DNA from: Bilabrum cf. latius | Taxonomy: Eukaryota | Length of the DNA: 64,000 nucleotides | Reading direction: 5' to 3' | Assembly: GCA_965178125.1 (NCBI GenBank) | Contig: OZ237745.1 | Span: 124,001 to 188,000 of the forward strand | Part shown: positions 52,701-64,000 of the stretch, one piece after another | Layout: each line of letters opens with the position of its first letter | Numbering within the stretch: position 1 is the first letter of the stretch | The notes under the pieces: generated by a model | Told to the model about the DNA's origin: nothing | Databases searched by the model: none | What the model saw: the letters and a program-made list of their open reading frames with translations, nothing else | Position numbers and translations under genes: made by a program

Positions 52701-54705
52701 ATGGCGTCAATGAGGCATGCAAGGGCATGCAGCAGCGAGCGTGCGAAAGTAAGGCAACGATAGCCGCCCATGTTTGCGTGCATGACCTTTGCTGAAACCC
52801 GGCATGCGTTCAATATCTCCAATTGTATTGCAGAGGGTGCAACAACTCCTGAGTGGAGCAGCATCGCCCAGGGCATCACGGCAAAAATCTGTAAGCGATT
52901 TGAATGCCCAGTCACCGGCCCATCAGCGATCAGTCCCAAAGCTCGGGAACAAACGGCGGCGCGGCAATGAAGAACAGCCACGCTATGGCAATGGGCAAAC
53001 TGGACTCTAGTAGGAAGAGCTCCCGATGCCGGCGCTGTCACCATCCGCGGGTCGCGATCCAACAAACGACTCAGTGCAGGGTGCCAGCTATAAACACCCG
53101 CCTGACCGCACAGATGCGCAGGCACCGAAGCGGCGACGCACTTCCAGCGGCAAGATCACCAGTGGTAACCGCGTACCATCTCAGGAGAACGAGCCTCGAG
53201 ACCACGGGCCTGGAGCGGGTAAGGCCTCGGCGGTTGGCAAGAGATCGGGGCGACCGACTGGGATTGCATCGGGTGCCCCATCCGGCATTGTGATCGATCT
53301 GGCATCTTCCTCCTCATCCTCACCTCCATCATCATCATCATCATCATCATCGTCCTCAGAGTCGGGCTGGAGCTCCGGCAGTGACGTGGGAGAAGCAGCG
53401 TGCGAAGACAGCAGCGACGAGGACTACGAAGAAGAGGAGCACAGGAAGAAGCAGAAGAAATCGAATGCCCGGAAGAGGAGCACGCTCGCGGATACCCGCA
53501 AGGCCAAGGCCAAGGGAAGAGCAGGCCCGAGTCGTGGACGGGCCACCGGCATGAAGCGGGGTGTTGCAGCAGCAGCCAACAAATCGCGCAGGGGTGCAGG
53601 CTCTAGACCTCGCGACTCGCAGTGGCATCGCATGCCGAAGGGACGCGACAGCGATGGAGACGGGAATGAGGACGAGGATGAGGACGAGGATGAGGACGAG
53701 GACGAGGATGAGGACGAGGACGAGGACGAGGACAGCTCGAGCGAGTCCGATGCGTCATACCTGCAATCTTCCGGTGCATCTCGTGGGGGCAGAGGAAGCG
53801 CCGTTCAAGTCGAGCAAGACGAAGACGAGAGCGATGAAGACGGTGATGATGACGATGAGGAAATGGATAGTGACTAGTGCATGGAGCAGGTGCAGGAGTG
53901 GCTGCAGGGCATGGCTGTGCACGCCCCCAAGAGCAAAGTGAAGCCGGCCAAGCCCATCCCACGGGCAACCCAAAGCAACGGTCAGCCCTAGCCGAAAACG
54001 AAGAAGAATAAAAGCCAGAATAAGGGGCGGAAGAAGGCGCAAGGCAGAGGACACGCACAGCCCCCGCTCCCGTTCTACAGGGAAAGGTACCTGGACCTGG
54101 ACCCCACCCTAATGGAGCTGCTGGACGACGTGTACTACGAGCTTTGCCTCGAATTCATGGGGGATGGAGAGGGGCGCGGGGGGGAGAGGGAGGAGGAGAG
54201 CCTGGCCCGGGCCTACTTCGAGACGGTGCAGGAGGTCAAGAGCGGCCTGCAGCAGGGGCCCGAGAGACGGAGGAGGGCGGTGAAGGGCAGGACCATCGAC
54301 GGCGAGGCCCTGGATCTGGCGGGGTGGTGCGGCTCTTAGACGGGTTACATGCGGAAGGAGGCCGTGCAGGGGTGGTACAGGCTGTACTGCGAATGGTATG
54401 CCGTGGTCAGGAGGGTCCAGCACGGCTACACTCTCAAGCCCAAGGCGAGCCAGCCGAGGTACTCGAGGTTTCCAGGCATCGCGTCCGTAGCCCGGGGTGC
54501 CCCCTCCGAGGCGCTCCGGGGCGCTCTTGAGGGCATGTACGACATGCGCGCGCGCGAGGGTGCCTTCCGCAAGCCAGGCTCGTGGGGGCAGCAGTGGGTC
54601 AGGCATAGGTTCGGCCTCACGCAGTCTGCTCGTGCAAATGCGAGGCGGCTGGTGCCCACGATACAGCGCATCGGCGGGATGACAATGGTGTCGTATGACT
54701 TTTGA
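52701..54705 (+). CDS. Uncharacterised low-complexity, probably nuclear protein (Ser, Asp/Glu and Lys/Arg tracts) with a small globular C-terminus
   Basis: ATG 52701 and intron 52749-52833. Frame continues through TAG 53008, 53875, 53989 and 54337 to TGA. Poly-(ED) hexamer repeat at ~53667-53733. Confidence 0.65.
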
Positions 54706-54875
54706 TTGTTGGTCTGTCGTTGGCGACCCTGCTTCGGGCCCGAGCGCGGTCGCCCCACCGGTTACAACCGGTGTTGCTCCAACGGAACCATTTTTTATAA
54801 GCAGAGATCTGGGGTACCTACGCTCCAAATCAGCGAATAAAAAGAAAAATCAAGTGCTTTAATTTGTTTGTAGAT

Positions 54876-55475
54876 ATGGCCGCAGCTGCTGCGCGGGTCG
54901 CAGCCGACATTCATGTTGTAGCAGTGATGCCATCCGCAGCAGACTCCACGCCAAGCGATCTCGTCCCCGTGGTGCGAGCCATGGAGGAGGCAAGGTTTTT
55001 CCAAGAAAAAGGCAAGGCCGATGAGCTGTTTGAGGTGAATGCGTTTGCGGACAAGGAGCTTGGCGGTGCGGAAGTTGTAGAATTGATTGGCAAGGGGGTG
55101 CAGGTCTCTTTCAAGTGCCGCTGCTCCCTGCCGTACCTGGTCATGCATGCTCGAGACATTGGGAAGTTTTGTGAAATTGGAATAGAGGTGGTTGATACGA
55201 CTGGCAGGGTCCGCACGCTCACAGCTACAACGAAATCGTCCCTGGTTCGTATCAAGGGCGGTGATACGGCCCAGCTGCCGATGGTATTGGAAGCAGGGAA
55301 ATGGAATCTCGTGATTTTGGATCTGGATGATCTCACAAGGCGGGCCTTTGGCGTAGAATACCAGTGCTGCCGCAAGGTCGTTGCGAAGAGCGACATGCGG
55401 CTCGCGAAGATCTTCTTCCAGGACCTCATGTACGAGGATCGGCAGCTGCCCGAATTCCTGCGGGTCATCAAGTGA
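54876..55475 (+). CDS. CFAP20/BUG22 (DUF667) family protein, divergent paralog
   Basis: LPYLVMH, IEVVDTTGRVR, LPMVLEAGKWNLVILDLDDLTRRAFGVEY, RLAKIFFQDLMYEDRQLPEFLR; TGA stop. Confidence 0.85.
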   Translation: MAAAAARVAADIHVVAVMPSAADSTPSDLVPVVRAMEEARFFQEKGKADELFEVNAFADKELGGAEVVELIGKGVQVSFKCRCSLPYLVMHARDIGKFCEIGIEVVDTTGRVRTLTATTKSSLVRIKGGDTAQLPMVLEAGKWNLVILDLDDLTRRAFGVEYQCCRKVVAKSDMRLAKIFFQDLMYEDRQLPEFLRVIK

Positions 55476-56319
55476 CGCGATCAAGCTGGCAAGCAGCACT
55501 AGTCAGCCTAGAGGAAGAGCAGCAAGTGTGCAGCCGCGCAAGAGATCTACCTTGCAGCAGTTGCACGCGAAGCGCAGGCTGCTGCCAGCCGGGGCCCCCA
55601 AGGTCTGGCGCGCCTGAGGCTGTCCGGTCTCACGTTTCAGAAGCACATAATTCGGTATGCCGCGCGACTGATATGCTACTGGTCAGATGTTGCCCGCGCG
55701 GCACTGTGCCGCCCTGCCCTGCACTGCATCGCACTGCATCGTACTTTACGTGACGTGCCAGTGGGTAGAGGTCTATCCACCCGCAAGAGGCAGCAGCATG
55801 GGCTTGGCCCGGGCAAGGCTGGCTGGAAGGAAAAGACTGCAGCACGGGAACAGGTGCTGCCTGCCGCGTATCTGAGCCTATCTAGGGGTATAGCACCTGC
55901 CGTGCCACTTCCAGTTGCTGTGCTACCGTGCTCTCATTATCACATGCTCCCAGACACATGGAGATGTGGAGCTCGGCTTTGGCCTCCCGATGCGAGGTAT
56001 ACAAGACTTTGTTCGCGCGTACTTTGGGCCATGCCTGGCCATCGAATAGTGCTCGTTCCTTTAAACCTGCACTCGACAACTGTGCGATGGCGTGCAGTGA
56101 TCAGCTACCAACGATTAGGACTGGTGTGGCGCACGTTGCAATAATAGGAACAAGTACAGTCAGATGTGATCAGCTCAATCTCCAAGCATGAAGCAGCCCG
56201 TTTCTGCTGCGGTGCACCAGCAAGTGCACCATGTCCACTTTGGACACCTCACTCGCTGTGGCAGCTGCGTTGAGCTGCACTAGTCCCGTGTCCGCGGCAG
56301 TGCAAGCACTGCCGACAGT

Positions 56320-59300
56320 TCAGATCTCGTGTATCTCCGGCTTACTCACAGCCCCCTACGCGCCTGGCTGCGACGGGTACACCAGCCTGTTCAAGTCACG
56401 GCGCCTGTCGCCGCCCCCTTGGTCGTGGTCTTCATCGTCGTTGCGCCTGAGGTGGTCCTCGTGGCCAGCACCACCCTCTTCGCCGGATGTCTTGGACTTG
56501 GACTGTCTCTTCTTTGCCTTGCTAGATTTTTTGGCCTTCTTTGACTTGTTGGCCTTCTTAAGCTGCTTGGATGAGCTTCCCTTGGACTGGCTGGTGGAGC
56601 TGCCTTGCTGGCTTGCCCTCCCAAGTGCCCGCTGTGCGTCTCGCCTCGTGGCGTGGTACTCCAGCTCATCTTCGTCATGTTGCTCCGAGTCAATGCCGGC
56701 TGCGTACAACGCCCCTTTCTCAGTCCGCCTTCTGGTCCTGCGCGCTGGTTCACCGGCGCCACCACCATCCGGGCCACCACCATCCGGGCCACCACCATCC
56801 GGGCCACCACCATCCGGGCCACCACCATCCGGGCCACCACCATCCGGGCCACCACCATCCGGGCCACCACCATCCGGGCCACCGCCGCTGGTTGATCCAC
56901 CACTGCCAAGAGCCGCAGTGCCACCTTGTCCCTGCAACGACCTCGAGTCACCATGGCTAGGGATAGCAACGGGGCCGCGCAAGCTGGCCATAAGCTGGGA
57001 AAAGTCCCCCACTGGCAGCAGATTAATCATCCAGGGCATCTGGCCTGGGTTCTGGTGGAAGCGCCCGACTTCGTTGCGGCCTACGAGCTGCCATCTAGTC
57101 CTACCCGACCGGGCAACGACTGATCCTCGCATCCAGCCCCTGAACATCTCCAGCGGCATCAGGAGAGGCGGTTCCCGCAGGATAGGCGACGGGACGACAA
57201 CACCGACGGGGTATCTCGTTGCTCCTACTTGCCTGAACACTGCTAGACACGCATCGGCTGCTATTGAAGCTTTGTGCAGGGGTCGTGTGCTGACGACAAG
57301 CCCTGCGTCAACTACCTGCAGTATATCGACTTGAGGGTGAACACTCCCCCCTGCGACAGGTGCGCCCATGCTGCCACTTGCGACAGGTGCGCCCATGCTG
57401 CCACCCGCGACAGGTGCGCCCATGCTGCCACCCGCGACAGGTGCACTCGTCCCACCAGTGCCCACAGATGTTCCACCAGTGCCTACAGATGTTCCACGAG
57501 CACCCCCATCTATGGCCAATTCACCAGCTCCTGGCGGCGCAGAGGCTTGCCCTTCCGCACGAGACGCGGTCGGGCTTCTGCTTGAACTGGCCAGCTGTGT
57601 CTCGGCGCTTGAATCAGATTGCCGTTGCGCACCAGCAACGGACTGTTCGTGCATCATGGATTTCCCTTGCTGCACCATTCGAACCCATGCAGGACCAACA
57701 AACTCGTTGCAGACAGCACATCCGGCCAAATTCAGGGGCAGCGGCGGTGAGTGGCACACCTCCCAGCCGTCTGCTAAAATAACCGAGAGCGTTCTCACGA
57801 TGAAACTCTGACTCTCCATTTCTGCCACGCTGACCTGTCTGGATGCAACCGGACTGGAATTGGGCTGGTCCGAGATGCCAAGACACCCAGCTGCGGCCAA
57901 TCCCCACACGTAACCGAGGGGCTCTGCCCAGCACTCGCCAGCAGTCGTGACACGAACTCCGTGCTCACTAGCAGTCTCCTCCCGCCAACCCGACCCCGAC
58001 TCCGCCATTGAATTGGGAGACTCGCGCCCATCGAACGGATTGGTCACTCCGTGCTCACTAGCAGTCTCCTCCCGCCAACCCGACCCCGACTCCGCCATTG
58101 AATCGGGAGACTCGCGCCCATCGAACGGATCGGTCACTCCGTGCTCACTAGCAGTCTCCTCCCGCCAACCCGACTCCGCCATTGAATCGGGAGACTCGCG
58201 CCCATCGAATGGATTGGTAAGACCAGATGCAATCGATGCGTCATCGAGCGGATCCATCCCGCCGCGTGCATCTGTGTGGCCAGACCCAGACCATTCCCCC
58301 CATTCCCCGGCATTCATGGTTGCCCTCAGGAGACGCTCCGCCTCGTCAGCGGCGGCCTGCGCCCGAATGGCGTCAGCCTCTCGTTCGATGGCTTCCTCTT
58401 GCTCCTCGATCCAAGTCGCATTCATGATTGAGACTCCAGTGGCTCCCTCTCCGGGTGCATGCAAAGACGGGGTCGAAGGGCCGCTGGAGGGTGGCCCCGA
58501 GCTCGAGCTGGAGGCTGGCCCCGAGCTCGAGCTGGAGCTGGAGGGTGGCGGGGGCCAGTAGGTGCCTGCGGGCGACGAGCCGGTGGGGGCCACGCCCATG
58601 CTGCTGCCCGCCATAGCCGATCCGTGGTCAATTCCCTATTCGTACTCGTCCTCGTCCTCGTCTTCATCGCCGTCCGATATTGCGGAGGCCCCGCCCGCCC
58701 CTGCAACCTCACCGGACGCTCCCCCGCTGGCCTAGCCCACAGCATCCACGCCCGCGGGTGCCACAACCGACTCGACCAGCCGGACAGCCCTGTCGATCGG
58801 TCCAAGCGGCCACCTGCCGGGCAGCATATGGGCCATGAGTCTCCTCAGGATCCCAGCGCTGACAGGCACCAGGTCCTGGCGTATCGCCTCGAGGCTCCAG
58901 GCAGCCGCACCGATGACGTCCAGCACGGCCAGTCCCTCTGGCGTGATGCCGGCGATGCCGCGGGCCTCCTTGGCGACTGCAGCCAATGTGTTGCCTGTTG
59001 GGTTGCCTGCGGGGCGCATGGAACATAAAAAGAAGAGCGGGGACCACAACGATCGGGGATGCGCCGCACCGAGGGAGATCTCTCAATCCACAACGACTCC
59101 AGGCGGTCAATGGCCTCCATGGCTTCGGCGCGCTTTCCTCACCGTTCATTTCAAGAGCGTCTGGCGCGACGTTTGCGACATGCAGAAGCGCTTCCGCTGC
59201 TTGGTCCTGCTCTTGCTCGGTGAAAGCCAGTACGAAGTCCCTCGCCACATCGGCCTAGCTGGCGCTCCTGCGCAGCGTGGCCCTGCCCTCCATCTCCATC

Positions 59301-59524
59301 TTGCCGGTTTCAGTTTGTCTGACACACAGCCTCACTATCTCCACGTACTTGTATTCGCCCAGCTCGATGCCGCCATCGATCAGCTTGACGTCCCCGGCTG
59401 CGAACGCGAGCGGGTCCTGCTTTGACCTGAGATTCCGGCGATTCCGGCGCACCCTGGCATCTCTGGAGCAGCACAGAGATGTGAACAATACTATTGCAAG
59501 CACAAAGCGCGCGATAACTCCCAT
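56320..59524 (-). CDS. Uncharacterised secreted repeat-rich protein (~1020 aa)
   Basis: ATG 59524 with a signal-like MGVIARFVLAIVLFTSLCCS; probable intron at 59007-59142. TAG at 59255, 58732, 58636 and 56356; TGA at 56320-56322. A further 3' intron at a gtgagt near 56349 cannot be excluded. Confidence 0.6.
56761..56880. repeat. 15-nt perfect tandem repeat x8 encoding (GPDGG)8 on the minus strand
   Basis: accaccatccgggcc repeated eight times. Confidence 0.95.
57352..57445. repeat. 24-nt tandem repeat x~3.5 encoding APVAGGSM-type units
   Basis: gcgacaggtgcgcccatgctgccac(cc/tt) units; the translation shows APVAGGSMG repeats, so the exact period should be confirmed. Confidence 0.7.
57956..58217. 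repeat. 90-nt tandem repeat x~3 encoding VTNPFDGRESPDSMAESGSGWREETASEHG
   Basis: Units start at 57956, 58046 and 58136; the third lacks 6 nt. Confidence 0.92.
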
Positions 59525-60130
59525 GGCAGCAGTATATGTCCAGAGAATTGCGAATTTGATTGTCGTTTTTGGCAGCAACCGCACCTCCCGAAAGCGGTCG
59601 CAATTACTGGATGAGCCGATATGGAGTGTTTGGGACCAAATCACCCCCCCAAAGCAATCATCGTACGTGATGCGACATATTTAAGGGCGGCGGGGTCGCG
59701 CGCTTGCTCTGCACAACGAGGGATCCGCGCAGTTGCAGTTGGGAGGATCGTATGCTCTCCCAGCCTGTACTACTTCTTCAAGTACAAACCTATCTGGAAA
59801 TGGTACTTTTTTGCAATTGTTCAATATTCAATCATGACTAATTCATGAAATCTAGACGGTCGTGGCTTGAACAACGCCACGCAAGAAGTATGCTAGCACT
59901 GAAAGCTACTCATTTTGCCAGCAGCTCTATCGATCACGCCCGATTGGATGCATGCTAGCATGTCACACGACCGTTTCGACATTGAACAGCTAGTACAAGA
60001 ACGGAGTTTCCATTTGCCCTGAGCACAAGTCATCAGTGAATCACGCGCATGGGGTATGGGGTGGCGATTGGGCATCGTTAGTGTATCAGGGCGGTAGCTC
60101 CAATAAGATACGGAACATTTCATGCGGACA

Positions 60131-62201
60131 TCATGTAGATCCCTGGCTGGAGCTCTGCCGCATGGCGGCCGCCGCCAGGGGTGAAAGAGGTCCCCGTCGC
60201 AGCGCCGCCATCCCGCCGTGACCGGCCCCCGCCCCTTGTCCCTCCCCTTCACCGGCACCACCTCCATCCCCATCCCCGCCCGCCCCTCCAAGGCCCACCT
60301 CCGCGAGCAAAACATCTGCCATGCGTGCCACCAGCCGCAGGGGCAGCCCCATGATGGCGTCCTCTGAGCCAGCCGTGCCTCGCAGGAAAGGCCTCAGGTC
60401 TGGGTGCTCCACCACGATGGCACCGCTCGATTTTAGCACGCTGGGTGTGCTGCTGGATGACGATGACGATGACGAAGCACTGCCACTTCCGCTAGAGGAA
60501 GCAGATGACGAAGAAGTAGCAGCTGCTTTGGGAGCAGGCAGCGCCACTCCACTTCCACTACCGCTGGTGCCACCGCTGCCACCGCTGGTGCCCGCCCCAC
60601 CGCGCGGAGACAGGCGCCTGCCCCCCGCCGCAGCCCTCTCAATCGTGTCCTCGGGAATGGGCGCATATCTCACCGAGCACACGTCCAGCCCAAGCACCCT
60701 CTTCCCTGTGAGCGAGTGCACGAGGCACAGCCCGCTCACAGTGCGCGCCACCGCGCCAGAGTACCCCCGGATGAATGCACGCGCCTCCGACTCATCTGCC
60801 GGTTTCTCATGGACCTCCAGAGCGGAACCAGCGGCACCGCGCACTAACTCCGAAGCGTCGGGCAGGCTCTTCTCCCAGCCCTTCCTGTCGAAGCAGGCCT
60901 CGCTTGTGGGGGCACTCTTGAGCGCGTCCGGGTCCACAGCCACAGCCACAGCCGCGCCGGCCGCCGCCTCGTCACCGGCAAGACCGGTACCCGCTTCATT
61001 TGTCCCGTGCCCCTCCCCATCCGGCAGCGCGGGCAGGGCCAGGGGCCACCGCGCCGGCTCGCCCAGGCTGCTCATCCAGCACCAGGACAGGAGGCCCTGG
61101 GGCCCACCGCTGGGGACGGGGCCGCTGCCGGTTGCAACCGCGAGTTCGGCCCCGCCGGCCCCACCGTCTGCCGCGGTGGCAGGGGGAAAGCTGTGACTGC
61201 GGCCGACAGCTGCGGAACCGGCCGCGGCGCCCAATCCGCTCTGCTTGCTGCCCGTGTCCGCGCCAGTGACACCCGGCGGGGCGCTCGATGTCCGGCCCAG
61301 CGATTCAGAATCAGAACTACCAGCGGCAGCGGGGGCTCCCGACGACCCCAACCTGGGGGCAGTAGCCGGCGGGGCACCGCTACCGACAGAGGGGGGCTTG
61401 GGCTTCGAGGCACCTGTCCCCGAGCCCGAGCCGGAGCCCGAGCCGGAGGAGTCCGCGGGGGGGAGGGACCCTTTCTCGGCCCCGTCCTTGATTCCGGGAG
61501 GAGCGAGCACCACCTGGTCTGCCGTAAGGATGAAAACGCCCTTCTCTCTATGCTCCGGCCGTGCGAGCATTTGGCGGAGGGCAGGGACGGCGAGTAGTGC
61601 GTCGGCCTTTGCCATCGCGACGGAGGCGACAAGGCCGAGGACCGCCTTAGCCTCCTCCTGGGGCGAATCGCCCCATGAGCCGCGGAGCGACGCAGCTTTC
61701 TCATCAATGTCTGGCGATATTGCAAGGGCTACTTCGGCGCCAGCGCGCTCGGCAACAGCCCTGCGGTGTGCGGAGGATGAGCCCAGCACGAAAGGTACCG
61801 GTAAGCTCAGCGTGTGCGTGACTGGACCACTGATATGAACCCCCCTGCGATAAAATAATGTAACTATGACTTATCAGGCTCATTGCTTGTGGCAAAATTA
61901 CCAGCATTCTCAGGGTAGCAAGACGTATGCAGCACACTCACTCCATGGGATGCCTTTTCTTTTGCAAAGCGGAGCTAATGGGAGACAGTGTGTCTGATGG
62001 AGACCGAACAAGCCCTCGGCCGCCCGGTCCCCCCCCAAGTCGCTCTCTGAGGTCCAACCGAAGCGGCTTCGGCGGACTGCTGTGGTCGCTCGAGCGGTGT
62101 CTGCCGGCCAGAGATGAAGACTGGCGCAGCTTAGGGGCGGCACCAGACTCTGATGATGTAGATTGGCTAGAACCACTTGCTAATCTGCTTGGAACACTCA
62201 T
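60131..62201 (-). CDS. Maf family nucleoside triphosphate pyrophosphatase with large low-complexity insertions
   Basis: VLGSSSAHRR, SPDIDEKA, AMAKADA, ILTADQVV, HEKP..ESEARAFIRGYSG, SSGAIVVEHP, AIMGLP. Upstream exon 62201-61942; intron 61845-61941. TGA stop; no TAG. Confidence 0.85.
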
Positions 62202-62461
62202 GGTAGCAGTATTTCTGGACGATTGCTTGGCGAAGACATTTAGTAACGTGTAAAAATAGAGAATATCATACTTCGTCCATTGGTGCAACTACGCCTACGA
62301 ACGAATTTCCTGCTTTCGCTACGGTGGAAGTGTCGATTTAAGACTTATAAATCAGCAAAATCTTTGGTTCTGCTACGGTATCCAGTTCTCTGTACGACTG
62401 ATAACCACTTTTCGCTCAATCGTCGAATCGAACAGGTGCCTAGGCCGCCGTATACGCGACT

Positions 62462-64000
62462 ATGCTTCGAAAACGTGATATTATCGGAAGCTCCAAACGA
62501 GGTTTATCACTATCCAAAAGCAGTGGGGGGTCGGGTATCCTGCGCAAGAGGGGACCATCAAGACTGGTCGCTGCAAAGAGCCACGGCGTGGCCTCAAACG
62601 CCCCGCTTGTTCGTGCTAGAGTAAAGCCCGCCCGCCAAGCTTCAAGCGTAGAGTCATCAACAACCAGTGCCAGCGTGGGGAGCGCCGTTCGTGAAACAGC
62701 AGACGGACGTGGGCGTCATGGTCGGGGTTTTGGCTCTCGCAAACGGCAAAGAACTCCTGCAGCCAGCGCGGTCGAGCCTGACGAAGTACAAGCCCTGGTT
62801 GATTCGCTATAGTCATCTATATCTGGGGCCTCCCTGCAACGAGAGGCTTCTTCTGTCGCGGTGAGGCCAAACGAGCCATCGACGGATGGGTTGCAGTTGC
62901 GCTGCCATCATTGCGCCCAGTATCAGCTCGACTGTCTCTGACTCAACCCCGATTAAATCCAATGCCACCGCAGTTATAGCTCATTCAAAGGCTACCAAGC
63001 GCCGCTAAGTCTGCGTCCGGCCTGTCATCCGCCAATCCGTCGGAGCAGGACTCGCGGCACGTGGCGACTGCAGCGGCTCAGGCTCTCGCACTCATGCGGC
63101 GCAGCTTGCTAGGGCCGGTGAGGCGCGCTGCCGCCTCTTTTCACGCGCTGCAGGCCGCTTCGCACGAAGCACAGAAGCTCAAGTCGGCTTGGGACGCGGC
63201 TAAATCAGCCGCCGAGGCCAGCCACGGTCACGGTGGTGGAGCAGATTCTGGCGCTGCTGCCGCGGACCAGTCGGGAGGACGCACCGCAGCACTCGGCAGT
63301 ACCGGAGTTGATTCATCCGATGCAGCGCTCATACAGAAGAAGATCGCAGCAGATCCCACAGTCAGTGCGGCCCGCGCCCGCGCAATCGAGGCTCGCCGAA
63401 GGGCGAGGAGGCACCACGGCATGCTGCAGCAGGCGCTGGCCGCGCGCCGGTCGGCAGCCTTCGCCGTCGAACCAGTCGTGGAAGCCATCCTTCGAGCGGC
63501 TGCCTGGCTGCTTCCCGCGGCACTGAGGGCTGGGCACGACTGCATGGACCAGACCGCAGCTGCTGCAGGTCAGAGTGCGGTTAGAGCGAGCTGGCTGCAG
63601 ATCGCGCTGTCGCTGCTGCTGGCGTGCTACCACCTGGCCATCAGCTGCGCCCCGCTAGTTTGCCTGCAGAAGCGCCGGGGCCTCCGTGTGTTGGCAGGGC
63701 TGCTGCCTCTGATTGGTCCTGCTGTAGGGGCCCTCGAGGAGCGGCGCTGCAGCGTGACCCGGACAGTTGGTGCGGCAGTGCGGGGCGGTGGCAAGAGACG
63801 AAGGGTAGAAGATGCACCCACTGGTGCCGCCGATGATTCGAGGCTAGCCAGCACCTAGACCAGCAGCACCAGTAGCACCGGCAGCGGTGGTAAGGCAGCT
63901 GCGATAGACTGCACGGAGCAAGACTCCCCGGAAGCCTACTCCCGCAGTGCCGCAAGGCTGCTCGCACCTGCTGCAGCCTCGCTCTCTCGTGCAATGGGCG
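62462..64000 (+). CDS. Uncharacterised Ala-rich helical protein, 5' part; runs off the window end
   Basis: ATG 62462 and probable intron 62861-62973. TAG at 62810, 62977 and 63856; frame open to 64000. Confidence 0.55.

Noticed and set aside
55476-56319. Short ORFs downstream of the CFAP20-like gene
   Set aside because: No motifs or long recoded frame found; treated as convergent 3' UTR or intergenic sequence.
56761-58217. Repeat arrays as CRISPR or mobile-element ends
   Set aside because: Head-to-tail units with frame-preserving lengths, no unique spacers, inside a coding frame; no cas or transposase genes nearby.

Overview
Gene-dense, GC-rich nuclear DNA from a flagellated eukaryote (GT-AG introns mostly ~85-140 nt; ciliary genes CFAP58, IFT172 and a CFAP20-like gene). 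The lineage looks like a heterotrophic stramenopile, possibly bicosoecid-like, but that is inference. I can reconstruct about 23 protein-coding genes or gene fragments. The main result is a non-standard nuclear genetic code: TAG is a sense codon, almost certainly Gln, while TAA and TGA remain stops. The fragmented ORFs of the supplied track join in-frame across roughly 90 TAG codons (manual count), with no internal TAA or TGA. TAG falls on conserved Gln positions of CFAP58, a VAC8-like ARM protein and AAGAB. Four genes end in TAA and the other complete models end in TGA. Strongly GC3-biased housekeeping genes (GRP94, HPD, CDC20, NmrA-like, most of IFT172) avoid TAG entirely. Recoding reveals several large proteins, including a 2010-aa mosaic surface protein, a TYW3-kelch-TYW2 fusion and a ~1550-aa orphan membrane protein. 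It also shows an ankyrin-like C-terminal module present in three genes. No rRNA, tRNA, CRISPR array or transposon was recognised. Family assignments come from motif recognition by eye, not from database searches.
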